Shown one piece after another: positions 38,701 through 48,186 of a stretch of DNA of 64,000 nt. The stretch's first letter is position 1; each line of letters starts with the position of its first letter. The notes under the pieces were generated by a model. The model saw only the letters and a program-made list of their open reading frames with translations, searched no databases and had not been told where the DNA came from. The translations under genes and the position numbers were made by a program. Source of the DNA: an uncultured Candidatus Saccharibacteria bacterium (GTDB taxonomy: Bacteria > Patescibacteriota > Minisyncoccia > GWC2-36-17 > CAYHJU01); contig CAYHJU010000001.1 of assembly GCA_964357175.1 (NCBI GenBank), positions 32,871-96,870 of the forward strand. Reading direction: 5' to 3'.

Positions 38701-39375
38701 ATGAAATATTTAAAATCGCACCAATCATTTATAAATCTTTTTATCGCGCTAATTATTTTTATTTGGGCGGTACCAGTTATTGTTAACGCGGAAGTTTTAA
38801 GATTGAATCTGTATTATGATGGCGGAACTATTCGCTGGGACAAAATGGCTTCAGAGAGCATTCAATATTTTCAAGATCTAAATTTTATAAAATCTGAAAC
38901 AGGAGATTATCGGGGAAATATTATTTCTTTTCGGGGCGCAGTTTTGGATGATTTTAAGTTAAATTTAGTTCCTGTAATTTGTTCTGACGGTGTGACTAAA
39001 GACGGTAAAATGACAGGTGGTTGCGCACCCATTTCCAAAGGAACCATGGCTATTAATATTCCTTACTATAACAATGGAAATCTATTTAAAATTTTTGATA
39101 AAACTGGCAAAATGATTTTGGTTGTGGACCTAACATCCTTTGCTTCTTGCAATGAAAATAAGATTTGTGAAGCCAATCTTAAAGAAAATCAAGACAACTG
39201 TTCATCTGACTGCCCTCCTTCGCTGGGTTCCGTTGCCACACCGACCCCTTCGCCAACTTCTGGCGGCGGAGCGGGCAGTTTGATTTTGTGGACAGCTATT
39301 ATTCTTGGCGCATTAATTTTAGGAGTGATCACATATTTTATTATTAAAAAATATCGTCAAAATTCACTACAATAA
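38701..39375 (+). CDS. secreted Cys-rich protein with C-terminal TM anchor (hypothetical)
   Basis: N-terminal signal/TM, several Cys, TPTPSPTSGGG linker, C-terminal hydrophobic helix plus KKYRQ stop-transfer. Confidence 0.4.
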   Translation: MKYLKSHQSFINLFIALIIFIWAVPVIVNAEVLRLNLYYDGGTIRWDKMASESIQYFQDLNFIKSETGDYRGNIISFRGAVLDDFKLNLVPVICSDGVTKDGKMTGGCAPISKGTMAINIPYYNNGNLFKIFDKTGKMILVVDLTSFASCNENKICEANLKENQDNCSSDCPPSLGSVATPTPSPTSGGGAGSLILWTAIILGALILGVITYFIIKKYRQNSLQ

Positions 39376-39499
39376 ACTTAACACAAAAACCTCGACTAAA
39401 CGGGGTTTTTGCTTATTTTGGCATAGTTATCAAACATATTGCTTCTTCGCGCTTTAAATCAGATGGCAAATAGATTATAATAAAATTGAATTAAACAGT

Positions 39500-40582
39500 A
39501 TGAACGCATTTGAAATAACAATTTTAATAATTTTTCTGGGGGCGTTAGCTTTGTTTTGGTATTCAAAAAGATCTTCAAAATCGGTCTCAGATCAGGAATC
39601 TTCTTTGGAAAAAATAAACTCTGTTTTTGACAATAAGTTTGGACTATTTGCCCAGCAACTAAATGATATCAATCAACGAATTGATTCTCGTCTGGCTGAA
39701 GTGGGTACGCGTCTGGATTCGCGCTTGAGAGAAAATAAAGATTCTTTAGACAAAAGCTCACAGGCGGCCGGTTCGGGCATTTTGAGTGTGAGTAAAGAAA
39801 TAGTGCGTCTTACCCAATCTTTAGAATCTATAGATAAAAAGGTGCAAGAAGTATCTTCTTTTCAGGAAATGTTTCGCGCTCCAAAGCTTCGTGGCAGATG
39901 GGGAGAACTGCATCTTGAGCATATTTTAGGGCAATACTATCCTAAAGATATGTTTGAAATGCAACATTATTTTAAAAGCAAAGAGGCGGTGGATGCTGTG
40001 CTCAAGCTTCCCAATGGGCGGCTTTTGCCTATAGATGAAAAATTTCCACGCGAAGATTTTGAAAGAATGATCAATGAAGAAGATGAGATTAAGAAAGCCG
40101 AATTTAGAAAAAGTTTTGTGGATGCCATAAAAAGAGAGATTTCAGATATTGCCAGTAAATATATACTACCAGCAGAAAGCACGACGGACGTGGCGCTCCT
40201 GTTTTTACCGGCCGAAACTATTTTTTATGAGCTCATAAATAATGTCCGCGATTCTGATCTGGCAGAGTTTGCTATGAAAAAAAGAGTTATTTTAACATCG
40301 CCCAACACTTTTTATCTAACAGTGCAAAGCATATCTCACTGGGCTAAGGATGTTCGCATTAGTGAAGAAACCAAAAATGTTTTGAAAAGATTACAGAGGA
40401 TAAAAACGGACGCGGATAAATTGGTAGATGAATTTAATAAGCTTGGCAAACATCTGCAAAACGCCACATCTTCCTTTGATGATTCTCAAAAAAGAGTCGA
40501 GCTTTTAGGCGACAGGGTAGGGAATTTGCTGGAAAAAGATGAATTGAAAGAGGTCGCGGAAATTAAGACGATAGGGGAATAG
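39500..40582 (+). CDS. rmuC: DNA recombination protein RmuC
   Basis: N-terminal TM, long coiled coil, C-terminal RmuC nuclease-like region (LPNGRLLPIDEKFP...). Confidence 0.7.
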   Translation: MNAFEITILIIFLGALALFWYSKRSSKSVSDQESSLEKINSVFDNKFGLFAQQLNDINQRIDSRLAEVGTRLDSRLRENKDSLDKSSQAAGSGILSVSKEIVRLTQSLESIDKKVQEVSSFQEMFRAPKLRGRWGELHLEHILGQYYPKDMFEMQHYFKSKEAVDAVLKLPNGRLLPIDEKFPREDFERMINEEDEIKKAEFRKSFVDAIKREISDIASKYILPAESTTDVALLFLPAETIFYELINNVRDSDLAEFAMKKRVILTSPNTFYLTVQSISHWAKDVRISEETKNVLKRLQRIKTDADKLVDEFNKLGKHLQNATSSFDDSQKRVELLGDRVGNLLEKDELKEVAEIKTIGE

Positions 40583-40625
40583 AGGGCATTGACACTCACA
40601 TTTTATCTGCTAAACTTTATTTTGT

Positions 40626-40934
40626 ATGATTGCTGTAATAGAAACAGGGGGAAAACAATATTTGGTTTCTCCTAAGAAAAAAATTAGAATAGAAAAAATT
40701 GAAGCCGAAGAAAATAAGTCGGTTGATTTTGATAAAGTCTTGCTTGTGGTAGACGGTGAGAATGTGAAATTGGGTAAGCCCTATGTTGAGGGCGCAAAGG
40801 TGTCGGCCAAAGTTTTAAAGCAAGGCAAGCTCAAAAAAGTTATAGTTTTCAAATATCACGCTAAGAAGAGGTACCATAAGAAAAAAGGCCACCGCCAACC
40901 ATATACAGAAGTAGAAATAGTATCTATAAAATAA
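40626..40934 (+). CDS. rplU: 50S ribosomal protein L21
   Basis: [12 protein letters not shown]... canonical bL21 N-terminus; 102 aa. Confidence 0.9.
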   Translation: MIAVIETGGKQYLVSPKKKIRIEKIEAEENKSVDFDKVLLVVDGENVKLGKPYVEGAKVSAKVLKQGKLKKVIVFKYHAKKRYHKKKGHRQPYTEVEIVSIK

Positions 40935-40968
40935 TCCCGCCCTTTTGGCGGGATTATTGCTTTTTTTA
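40933..40968 (+). terminator. rho-independent terminator after rplU
   Basis: AATCCCGCCcttttGGCGGGATT followed by ATTGCTTTTTTT. Confidence 0.7.
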
Positions 40969-41024
40969 AACATAATTTATACTTTTATCAGGTCTTTAAA
41001 AATCTCAAAGAGAGGGAGGAGAAG

Positions 41025-41471
41025 ATGACACTTACATCACTTGCAATCCTTTGTTTCTTGGCGGTGTGCTGGGTGACGATTTCTGAGAGCATTAAATTTG
41101 CGCGCAGGCTAAAGAATAATCACTCTATTTCAGAGATTAGCTGGCGCAATTTATTCGATGCCGGTTTTTGGCTGGGTCAATTAGTCAATATTGTTTTGAG
41201 TTTTATGGCGTGGCTCCTTTGTGTTGAATGGGGTATTTCTTGGGCGCTTGCTTTTATTGCTTTGGTTCAAATTATTCTGTGCGCAATTTTTTGGAGTACA
41301 ATGCATTGGCCGCGTCTTTTTATGTGGAATCTTGGTATTGTTGTTTTTGGATTGGGCGCATGGATTATGTGGAGCGATAGTTTTGTTTCGATAGCTATTG
41401 TTTATATGGCAGCCTCTTTGATTATTGTAAATATTGCAGGTAGACTCATTTGTCTATTTTCTAAGAAGTAA
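41025..41471 (+). CDS. hypothetical polytopic membrane protein
   Basis: 4 predicted TM helices; followed by terminator AAAAATCCCGCTcaaaAGCGGGATTTT (41474-41508). Confidence 0.4.
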   Translation: MTLTSLAILCFLAVCWVTISESIKFARRLKNNHSISEISWRNLFDAGFWLGQLVNIVLSFMAWLLCVEWGISWALAFIALVQIILCAIFWSTMHWPRLFMWNLGIVVFGLGAWIMWSDSFVSIAIVYMAASLIIVNIAGRLICLFSKK

Positions 41472-41698
41472 CAAAAAAATCCCGCTCAAAAGCGGGATTT
41501 TACTTTATATATATTTTATTTACGAACATTTGAAACGCGAAATTATAATTTGTTGGCAAGCCCGAATGCTGTGATGATAAACAGAACTTAATTAAAAGTT
41601 TAAAGTGAAAAATTAAAAGTTGAAGTGCAAAGTTTAAAATTTTTAACTTATAACTTTAATTTTTCATTTTTAATTTTCCACTTTCTACTTACTATTTG

Positions 41699-42298
41699 CT
41701 ACTTTCTATTTTCCATGGCGCTCAACATTGTTTCTTCGTCTGTGTATTCTATTGCGCCTCCCGATGGCAGTCCTCGGCCGATGCGCGTTATTTTCACTGG
41801 ATATTTTTCCAGTGATTTTTTTAAATAAAGCGAGGTAGCTTCTCCGTCTGTTGTTTGGTCAAAGGCTAAAATTATTTCGGATTTTGGATTTAGCGAAGCG
41901 ACTCTTTCTAAAAATTCTTTTATATGCAAAGACGCCGCTTCTTTTTTTGAGGATATCGTTCCGCCTAAAATATGATAAATTCCTTTAAATCTCCCAGTGG
42001 CTTCTATCGCCAGGGCGTCTTGTTCTTTGGCGACCACGGCTACAATTTTTTGGTCGCGGTCTGAATTTTCACAAAAAATACACTTATTAAAACTCGCCTC
42101 AAAATGCATAAAACACTTTGGGCACACTTTGATAAAAGTTCGAGCTTCATTTAGAGCCTGGACGAGCTGTTCCTGAGACGTCTTGGATTGGCTTAAAAAC
42201 CAAAACGCGATGCGAGCCGCTTGATGCGGCCCGGCTCCGGGGAATTTTTGGAAGATTTGAATAAGTTTTTGTAATTTTTCAGGAAGCATTTCTATCAA
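41699..42298 (-). CDS. recR: recombination protein RecR
   Basis: HhH, C4 zinc finger (CPKC...CIFC), Toprim domain; 199 aa; 4-nt overlap with dnaB. Confidence 0.9.
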   Translation of the reverse strand: MIEMLPEKLQKLIQIFQKFPGAGPHQAARIAFWFLSQSKTSQEQLVQALNEARTFIKVCPKCFMHFEASFNKCIFCENSDRDQKIVAVVAKEQDALAIEATGRFKGIYHILGGTISSKKEAASLHIKEFLERVASLNPKSEIILAFDQTTDGEATSLYLKKSLEKYPVKITRIGRGLPSGGAIEYTDEETMLSAMENRK

Positions 42299-43683
42299 GC
42301 GCTATATTGTTCCGTGGGTTCTACCGGATTTTCGTGTTCCATATCCGGATTTTTAAAAGTGGCGTACTTTTCTTCAAAGTTAAGTATGCACCTGCCAGTG
42401 GGGCCATTTCTGTGTTTAGAAATCAAGATTTCGGAGTCTCTGTTTAAACTGTTGTCTTCTCCGCGCTCTCTATGTATAAAAATTACCAAGTCGGCATCCT
42501 GTTCAATGGATCCAGATTCTCTTAGGTCGGATAATTTGGGCCTGCCACCTCGCTGTTCTATGGCTCGAGAAAGCTGAGAAAGAGCAAGTATTGGTATGTT
42601 TAATTCCTTAGCTAAGCCTTTTAGGGATCTTGAGATTTCTGTTATTTGTTGGACCATATTGTCAGATTTTGTGCGTGCCTGCATAAGCTGAAGATAATCC
42701 ACTATGATAAGCCCCAGATCTTTGTGTTCAGCCTGTAGACGGCGCGCCATAGCGCGCATTTCCATAATATTTGTAGCCGAAGAATCGTTTATGTAGATGG
42801 GCGCTCCTGACAGGCTTGCCAGCGCCTTATTTATTCGTTCAAAATCACCCTCATCTTTTTTAAGCTGTCCGGTGTGCAGTCTCCAAAGATCAACATATGA
42901 TTCTGCTGATATAAATCTATCTACCAATTGCTCTTTGGACATTTCCAAACTGAATATGCCTACAGGAATTTTTTCTTTGACGGCAGCATGCCTTGCTATA
43001 TCAAGAGCGAGAGATGTTTTTCCCAAGCTTGGGCGCGCCGCAAGCACTATCAAGTCGGACTTTTGTAGTCCGGAAAGAATTTTGTCTAAATAATCAAATC
43101 CTGTAGGCACGCCCCTGACCATTCCGCCCTTTTGAAGTTTTTCTATTCTAGAAAAGGCGCCTTCGATTTCATCGTTTATGTGCGAAAAGCTTTTTTGTAG
43201 AGATTTTTGTGAAATTTGAAATATTTTTTGTTCGGCTTTATCAAGCAATTCTTCCACATCCTCTTCTTCCCGAAAGCCCAGTTCGGATATTTCGTATGAT
43301 GCCTGTATCATGTCGCGCATTATTTTTTTGCGCCTTATCATGCGGGCATAACTATCTAAATGTGATGGAGCCACTACAGTGTTTGCTAAAGATGTTAAAT
43401 AGTCAGCTCCTCCCACTTCGTCCAGCTGTCTTTTTTCCGCAAGGCGAGAAGTGATGCTTAAGTGATCTATGGGTTCTTGTTTCTCATAAAGATCAAGCGC
43501 CGCTTGATAGATAAGTTTATTGACCCTGCTATAAAAATCTTCGGGAGTTATGATATTTGCTACTCTGTCCAGGGCTTCTTTGTGCATCATGAGCATTCCC
43601 AAAACGGCCTGTTCAGCTTGTACATTTTGCGGAGGAAGCTGGTTGGCCTTTATAGAGTTTTTTGTAAATTCAAGATTGCTCAT
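42295..43683 (-). CDS. dnaB: replicative DNA helicase DnaB
   Basis: N-terminal DnaB domain; RecA-like core with Walker A ARPSLGKTS and Walker B IVDYLQL; 462 aa. Confidence 0.9.
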   Translation of the reverse strand: MSNLEFTKNSIKANQLPPQNVQAEQAVLGMLMMHKEALDRVANIITPEDFYSRVNKLIYQAALDLYEKQEPIDHLSITSRLAEKRQLDEVGGADYLTSLANTVVAPSHLDSYARMIRRKKIMRDMIQASYEISELGFREEEDVEELLDKAEQKIFQISQKSLQKSFSHINDEIEGAFSRIEKLQKGGMVRGVPTGFDYLDKILSGLQKSDLIVLAARPSLGKTSLALDIARHAAVKEKIPVGIFSLEMSKEQLVDRFISAESYVDLWRLHTGQLKKDEGDFERINKALASLSGAPIYINDSSATNIMEMRAMARRLQAEHKDLGLIIVDYLQLMQARTKSDNMVQQITEISRSLKGLAKELNIPILALSQLSRAIEQRGGRPKLSDLRESGSIEQDADLVIFIHRERGEDNSLNRDSEILISKHRNGPTGRCILNFEEKYATFKNPDMEHENPVEPTEQYSA

Positions 43684-43733
43684 AAGTATTTATGTCTACA
43701 GGTAATATATATCAATTAAACTTGATCAGCAAG

Positions 43734-44648
43734 TTACAACCATTTTTTATACCTAAAGATAGCGAAGGATATAAATACGCTTAAAGGAGTCAAGATTATA
43801 ATCACTAATGCTTCCAATGGGACGCTCCAATATGATCTATGAAAAACAAAATTATTTGAGAAAATGCTTATCATCAAAGCCGGGGGCATTAAGGCTACCG
43901 ATAGTATAGTTAAAGTTTTTACTATTTTATTGGTGCGGTCAGAGATTAAGGAATTATTGGTATTTTGTAGTGACTCTAGGGTGTCTTTGTAGCTTTCGAG
44001 CAGATTCCACACCTTCATATAATCTCCCAATAAATCTGTAAAAAAAGGCTTTTCTTTCTCATCAAACCACGCGTCACTTCTAGCTTCTAGCGACTCCAGC
44101 GTTCCGCGTTCTGGCTTTACAGTTCTATAAAAATTCAGAACATCACGATGTACAATTGATATTTCTCGCACCATCTCTTCTTCCTGTCCAGAAAAGATGG
44201 CGTTTTCTATGCTCTCGATATTTTTTCCAATGTGATCTAATTCTCGCATAGAGAAAACTAGAAGATTGTGTATGATGTGATAAATTAATTGGCCTGAGTT
44301 TTTACCAAAACAGATTGATCGGTAGCTTTCATCTTTTTCGCACTTATTCCAAATATCTCCCAGCGGCTCTATTTCATTGTAATGAACAGTAATGACCATG
44401 CCCTGAAAAATTATAAAATCAACTTCAGCAGACTGGCTGGCTCTTTTTTCTGGGTTAAAAACAGGGAAATGCATAATCATGTAGAAATAGTTTGGATATT
44501 GTTCAACCGTTGGGCGCATACTTGGCCGACGAAGTTGTTCTAAAACTACCGCGTGTACTCCATGCTCTTTTTTTAAAAATTCTATATCAGAATCAGTCGG
44601 ATTTTGGATATTTATCCAAGTCACGTCTTTTGTTTCAATTTTTTGCAT
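43734..44648 (-). CDS. CorA-like divalent cation transporter with non-canonical SNN in place of GMN
   Basis: Cytoplasmic N-domain plus two C-terminal TM helices with the ...MPPALMISIFSNNF... loop aligned to CorA's ...YGMNF... signature. Confidence 0.5.
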   Translation of the reverse strand: MQKIETKDVTWINIQNPTDSDIEFLKKEHGVHAVVLEQLRRPSMRPTVEQYPNYFYMIMHFPVFNPEKRASQSAEVDFIIFQGMVITVHYNEIEPLGDIWNKCEKDESYRSICFGKNSGQLIYHIIHNLLVFSMRELDHIGKNIESIENAIFSGQEEEMVREISIVHRDVLNFYRTVKPERGTLESLEARSDAWFDEKEKPFFTDLLGDYMKVWNLLESYKDTLESLQNTNNSLISDRTNKIVKTLTILSVALMPPALMISIFSNNFVFHRSYWSVPLEALVIIILTPLSVFISFAIFRYKKWL

Positions 44649-44658
44649 AATTTATTTT

Positions 44659-44792
44659 ACCCCCACACCTAATTGGTGCGCGAAGCATTAAAATTTAGTT
44701 GATAATTTTTTAAAGTGATAATTATATTAATGGGTTATTAAATAATCTATCTCGGCTTCGCGAAAAATTTTGCACCAATTAGGTGTGGGGGT
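44659..44792 (-). promoter_or_regulatory. 21-bp perfect inverted repeat (ACCCCCACACCTAATTGGTGC / GCACCAATTAGGTGTGGGGGT) with ~90-nt loop. It would sequester the SD-like GGGGGT 11 nt upstream of the CorA-like start, and also terminates the upstream gene
   Basis: Arms at 44659-44679 and 44772-44792, with an inner IR CGCGAAGC/GCTTCGCG. Begins 1 nt after the stop of the upstream GT gene and ends 10 nt before the CorA-like ATG. Confidence 0.45.
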
Positions 44793-46625
44793 CTATTTTA
44801 ATTTATAAATAAAAATAGATTGACCGGCTCGGGCAAATGGTTTTTCTTGCAAGAGCCACGAATACTCATCGGGGACCTGTCTTTTAAATCCTTTGGTGAG
44901 TTCCCCCGAAACATTTTGTAAAAATGTGGTTGATATCGCAAACCATTTTCCATCATATTTTGGCAAGGACGAATTCCACGCCTCCACCTTCGGTCCCAGC
45001 TCAAAGCGTGGATTTCCTCCGCCAAAATAATCTACTCCTATTTTATCAATAAAATTGCGATCTACAAAGTCTCTTAGCCGATACAAATCCTGCCCCCAAT
45101 CATAATTTGAGTCTACCACATATTTGTATCCGTTAGTTGGCCCTCCAGCTATCTCATTAAAATATGATAAAAACATCGGAGCGCTCAAAAGCGAGCTTAC
45201 AATGTACCAGGCAAGAAGAACCAAGACAATCGAAAATTTTCCGGCATAAGAAAAAGCATGTTTTATTCTTAGCCACATAGCCGTTAAAATATTTTGTGGA
45301 ATATATTCAAGCGTTGTGCGCATCCAGTCAGATAATTTAACGCTTACCAAAATATACATCATCGGGATCAGGGGCATTAAGTGTCTTGCCCCTATATTCA
45401 GATTTGACTTCATGGAGTAGGCCATGTAAAAAATCACGAAGCACAGCAGGGCAAAAATTTCAAAATTTTCTCTTGACCAATTCAGCGTTTTTGTGACGGC
45501 TTGACTGAAGTTTTGCGGCCGTCTTTCCCAGATTAAATAAAGCGAGTAACAAAGTGCCGTAAGCACCATTATTAAAAACGCCAAGGGCTCTTTAAGGACA
45601 TATACCACGGGGAAGTAGTACCACCATCCGGCGTTCGTTACGTCGCCCAAAAAGTAAGCCGTGTTTCCTCCGACGGCTCTTTGCGTAACCATTAAAATGC
45701 CCAAAAAGAATTGCCCCAAGGGGCGCAAGATAGGATTTTTTATCAGCCAAAAATCTAAATCAGCTAAAGGTTTACTGGAAAAAGATTGGAGTATGGACTG
45801 TGCGTCAGAGAGCTGTTTTTCTTGTGGATAATTCCACACATGCGGCATATACCACAAGTTAATAACAACCGCTCCCAATATGCCGATAAGAATTACCCCA
45901 CCGATGATTTTGAAAAATGAGACCCAGCTTTTTTGGTGGGCCATATACCACCAAAGCGTTAAAAAGAAAAAGAATGGTACAAGTAAAAATACAGAAAATT
46001 TGGTGAGCTGTGCCAGGCCGAAAATAATTCCTGCCAATAATAAATTTTGCCAGGAATTTTCCTTCAAATATTTTATAAAAAAATAAGTGGCAATAATTAT
46101 TCCCGCGGCGGCTCCTACATCTGTTGTTACCAAGTGTCCATGCGCTAGTATGGTGGGGGAGAAAGCGTAAAGTGCCAAGGCCAGCGAGGCGGCCCAATTT
46201 CCAGCGATTTTTCTTGTCCAAAAAAATACAAAAAATCCTAAAAGTAGCGTTATTAAAATCGGTCCGATACGAGCCCAAAAAACTATCTGATGCCCGTTGT
46301 TTCCCGACCCCCACAAAAAATCGTGCCCTAATGCCCATTGATCGTTTACATTTTTTTGCCAGGCATCAGTTTGTGTGGGGAAGTTTAAATTTAAAAACTG
46401 AAGCGGCAGTCCTGCTAAATCTTTTATTAAGGGAGGGTGCTCGGGGTTTAAGCGCGCGTCAAAAAATTTTAAATATGAATATCCGGCGGTGATATGAGGC
46501 GACTCGTCGACTATCGCCGCGTCATCTTTAGCGGCTTGAATTAAAAGAATCGCCATCACGCTCAAAAGTAATATCGGAACAACCCAAATTAAATTTTGTT
46601 TAAGTTTAGTTATGTTCATATACAT
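44793..46625 (-). CDS. polytopic membrane glycosyltransferase (GT39/ArnT-like, 4-amino-arabinose/dolichyl-phosphate-mannose transferase family)
   Basis: ~12 TM helices with large extracytoplasmic loops. Start set at MYMNITKLK (46625) rather than the ORF-track start at 46805; GGGGGT SD-like sits 4 nt upstream. Confidence 0.55.
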   Translation of the reverse strand: MYMNITKLKQNLIWVVPILLLSVMAILLIQAAKDDAAIVDESPHITAGYSYLKFFDARLNPEHPPLIKDLAGLPLQFLNLNFPTQTDAWQKNVNDQWALGHDFLWGSGNNGHQIVFWARIGPILITLLLGFFVFFWTRKIAGNWAASLALALYAFSPTILAHGHLVTTDVGAAAGIIIATYFFIKYLKENSWQNLLLAGIIFGLAQLTKFSVFLLVPFFFFLTLWWYMAHQKSWVSFFKIIGGVILIGILGAVVINLWYMPHVWNYPQEKQLSDAQSILQSFSSKPLADLDFWLIKNPILRPLGQFFLGILMVTQRAVGGNTAYFLGDVTNAGWWYYFPVVYVLKEPLAFLIMVLTALCYSLYLIWERRPQNFSQAVTKTLNWSRENFEIFALLCFVIFYMAYSMKSNLNIGARHLMPLIPMMYILVSVKLSDWMRTTLEYIPQNILTAMWLRIKHAFSYAGKFSIVLVLLAWYIVSSLLSAPMFLSYFNEIAGGPTNGYKYVVDSNYDWGQDLYRLRDFVDRNFIDKIGVDYFGGGNPRFELGPKVEAWNSSLPKYDGKWFAISTTFLQNVSGELTKGFKRQVPDEYSWLLQEKPFARAGQSIFIYKLK

Positions 46626-46739
46626 ACATTTTACCCCCACATCCACCTTAGCGCAAAGAGATAAAATCGGTGTTGATTCATAGACTGATATTTTGAAATT
46701 AGAGATATTAATATGTGTTGTGGGTGTGGGGCCTGCCTG

Positions 46740-46759
46740 CCGGTAGGCAGGGTTTACTC
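46740..46759. repeat. CCTGCCTGCCGGTAGGCAGG, one-mismatch copy of the dispersed 20-nt palindrome
   Basis: Intergenic, ~115 nt upstream of the GT gene start. Confidence 0.65.
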
Positions 46760-46832
46760 CCACCGTCGCTTTGGAGCAATTCAACAAAAAACCCGCCCCA
46801 TTCATTTAAAATGAATGGGGCGGGTTTAGTAA

Positions 46833-47177
46833 TTATTTGACGGAGCTTAATATCTTTTCAAAAACCTTCGGTTCTTTGTTGGCGAGTTCGGCGAGAATTT
46901 TTCTGTCCAATTTCACATTATTTTTCTTGAGCTGGCTTATGAATTTACTATAGCTCAATCCTTGTATGTGGCTTGCGGCATTGATCTGTATATTCCATTT
47001 GGCGCGCGCGACACCTTTCTTTTTGCGGCGATCGCGGAAAGCATAGCTCCAGGCGTGCAGAAGCGCTTCTTTGGCGGCGCTTTCTTTGGTGCTTCGTCTC
47101 AATAAAAATCCCTTAGTGTATTTTAAGGTTTTGCGGCGTCTTTTGATGGCGATATTGCCTCTTTTTACTCTTGTCAT
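46833..47177 (-). CDS. rplT: 50S ribosomal protein L20
   Basis: MTRVKRGNIAIKRRRK... canonical bL20. Confidence 0.9.
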   Translation of the reverse strand: MTRVKRGNIAIKRRRKTLKYTKGFLLRRSTKESAAKEALLHAWSYAFRDRRKKKGVARAKWNIQINAASHIQGLSYSKFISQLKKNNVKLDRKILAELANKEPKVFEKILSSVK

Positions 47178-47233
47178 ATTGTATTAGAATCTTCCGCCCG
47201 AGGCGGACCAGCCTTGGGCTGGAGAATTTAAAT

Positions 47234-47428
47234 TTATGTCGTTAACGATCTCAATATTCTGGAATTGGTTTTTCCTACGCTGTATTCTTTGCTTTTTCTT
47301 TGTTGGACAATCGAGCTTTTTTTTGCGCGAAAATGATCCACTCCCATTTTGCGGCGCATCATTTTGCCTGTGCCTGTGACTTTAATTCTTTTTGTAACTG
47401 CTTTTTTGGTTTTTAGTTTTCCGTTCAT
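47234..47428 (-). CDS. rpmI: 50S ribosomal protein L35
   Basis: KLKTKKAVTKRIKVTGTGK... canonical bL35; 64 aa. Confidence 0.85.
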   Translation of the reverse strand: MNGKLKTKKAVTKRIKVTGTGKMMRRKMGVDHFRAKKSSIVQQRKSKEYSVGKTNSRILRSLTT

Positions 47429-47433
47429 ATTAT

Positions 47434-48009
47434 TTATTTAGTGGCGGATATTATCATCGATAAGATTCTGCCTTGCTTGATTAATCCTTGTTCAACTTTA
47501 GTCTTTAGTATAAACATTGATAGCAAATCGTCAAATTTTTTACGCGCTATATCCTGGTGAGCGTTTTCTCGCCCATGAAGCATCAGATCGATTTTTACTT
47601 TGTGCCCTTCTTTCAAAAATTTTTCTGCTTGTCTGACGCGGGTCTCCATGTCGTGCGGTGAAGAAGAAAATCCGATACGAATAATCTTTACTTCTGACTG
47701 CTTGGAATGTTTTTGATTTCCTTTTTCTCTCTTGCTAATCTCATAGAGGAATTTTCCATAGTCTGTAATTTTTGCCACAGGAGGATTGGCGGTAGGAGAT
47801 ATTTCCACCAGATCCAGGCCTTTGCTCTGGGCAACTTTTAACGCCTCATAAAGAGGCATTACTCCCAACGCTTGGTTTTTTTCATCCATCACACGAAGCT
47901 CGAGAGCCCTTATTTGCTGATTTTTTCTATAAAATTTTGCTATATCTATTGTTTTTTTAAATTGTAACGAGGTGTCCGCCCAAGGCGAGACACTCAATTT
48001 TTCAGCCAA
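47434..48009 (-). CDS. infC: translation initiation factor IF-3 (non-ATG start codon)
   Basis: IF3 N- and C-domain sequences within the conserved infC-rpmI-rplT operon. ORF begins with TTG immediately after an in-frame stop, consistent with IF3 autoregulation via atypical start codons. Confidence 0.85.
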   Translation of the reverse strand: MAEKLSVSPWADTSLQFKKTIDIAKFYRKNQQIRALELRVMDEKNQALGVMPLYEALKVAQSKGLDLVEISPTANPPVAKITDYGKFLYEISKREKGNQKHSKQSEVKIIRIGFSSSPHDMETRVRQAEKFLKEGHKVKIDLMLHGRENAHQDIARKKFDDLLSMFILKTKVEQGLIKQGRILSMIISATK

Positions 48010-48033
48010 TCACTAAAGCTCTTGGGAAAAATT

Positions 48034-48052
48034 GGTGGAGATGGAGGGAATT
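48034..48052. repeat. 19-nt direct repeat of the tmRNA 3' end (GGTGGAGATGGAGGGAATT), att-site-like
   Basis: Identical 19-mer at 48187-48205, which is the T-arm/acceptor/CCA end of ssrA on the minus strand. The two copies flank 134 nt. Confidence 0.6.
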
Positions 48053-48186
48053 CTCCTCACCCGATATTTTGCACGTTCGTTCCAAACAGGCAAAATATCT
48101 CCTTCGGAGCCGGGGTTTTTTAAAAATCAAAGCAGTTTGATTTTTAAAAATACCCTTCAATTCCCTCAAGTTGTTAAGGGAATTTC

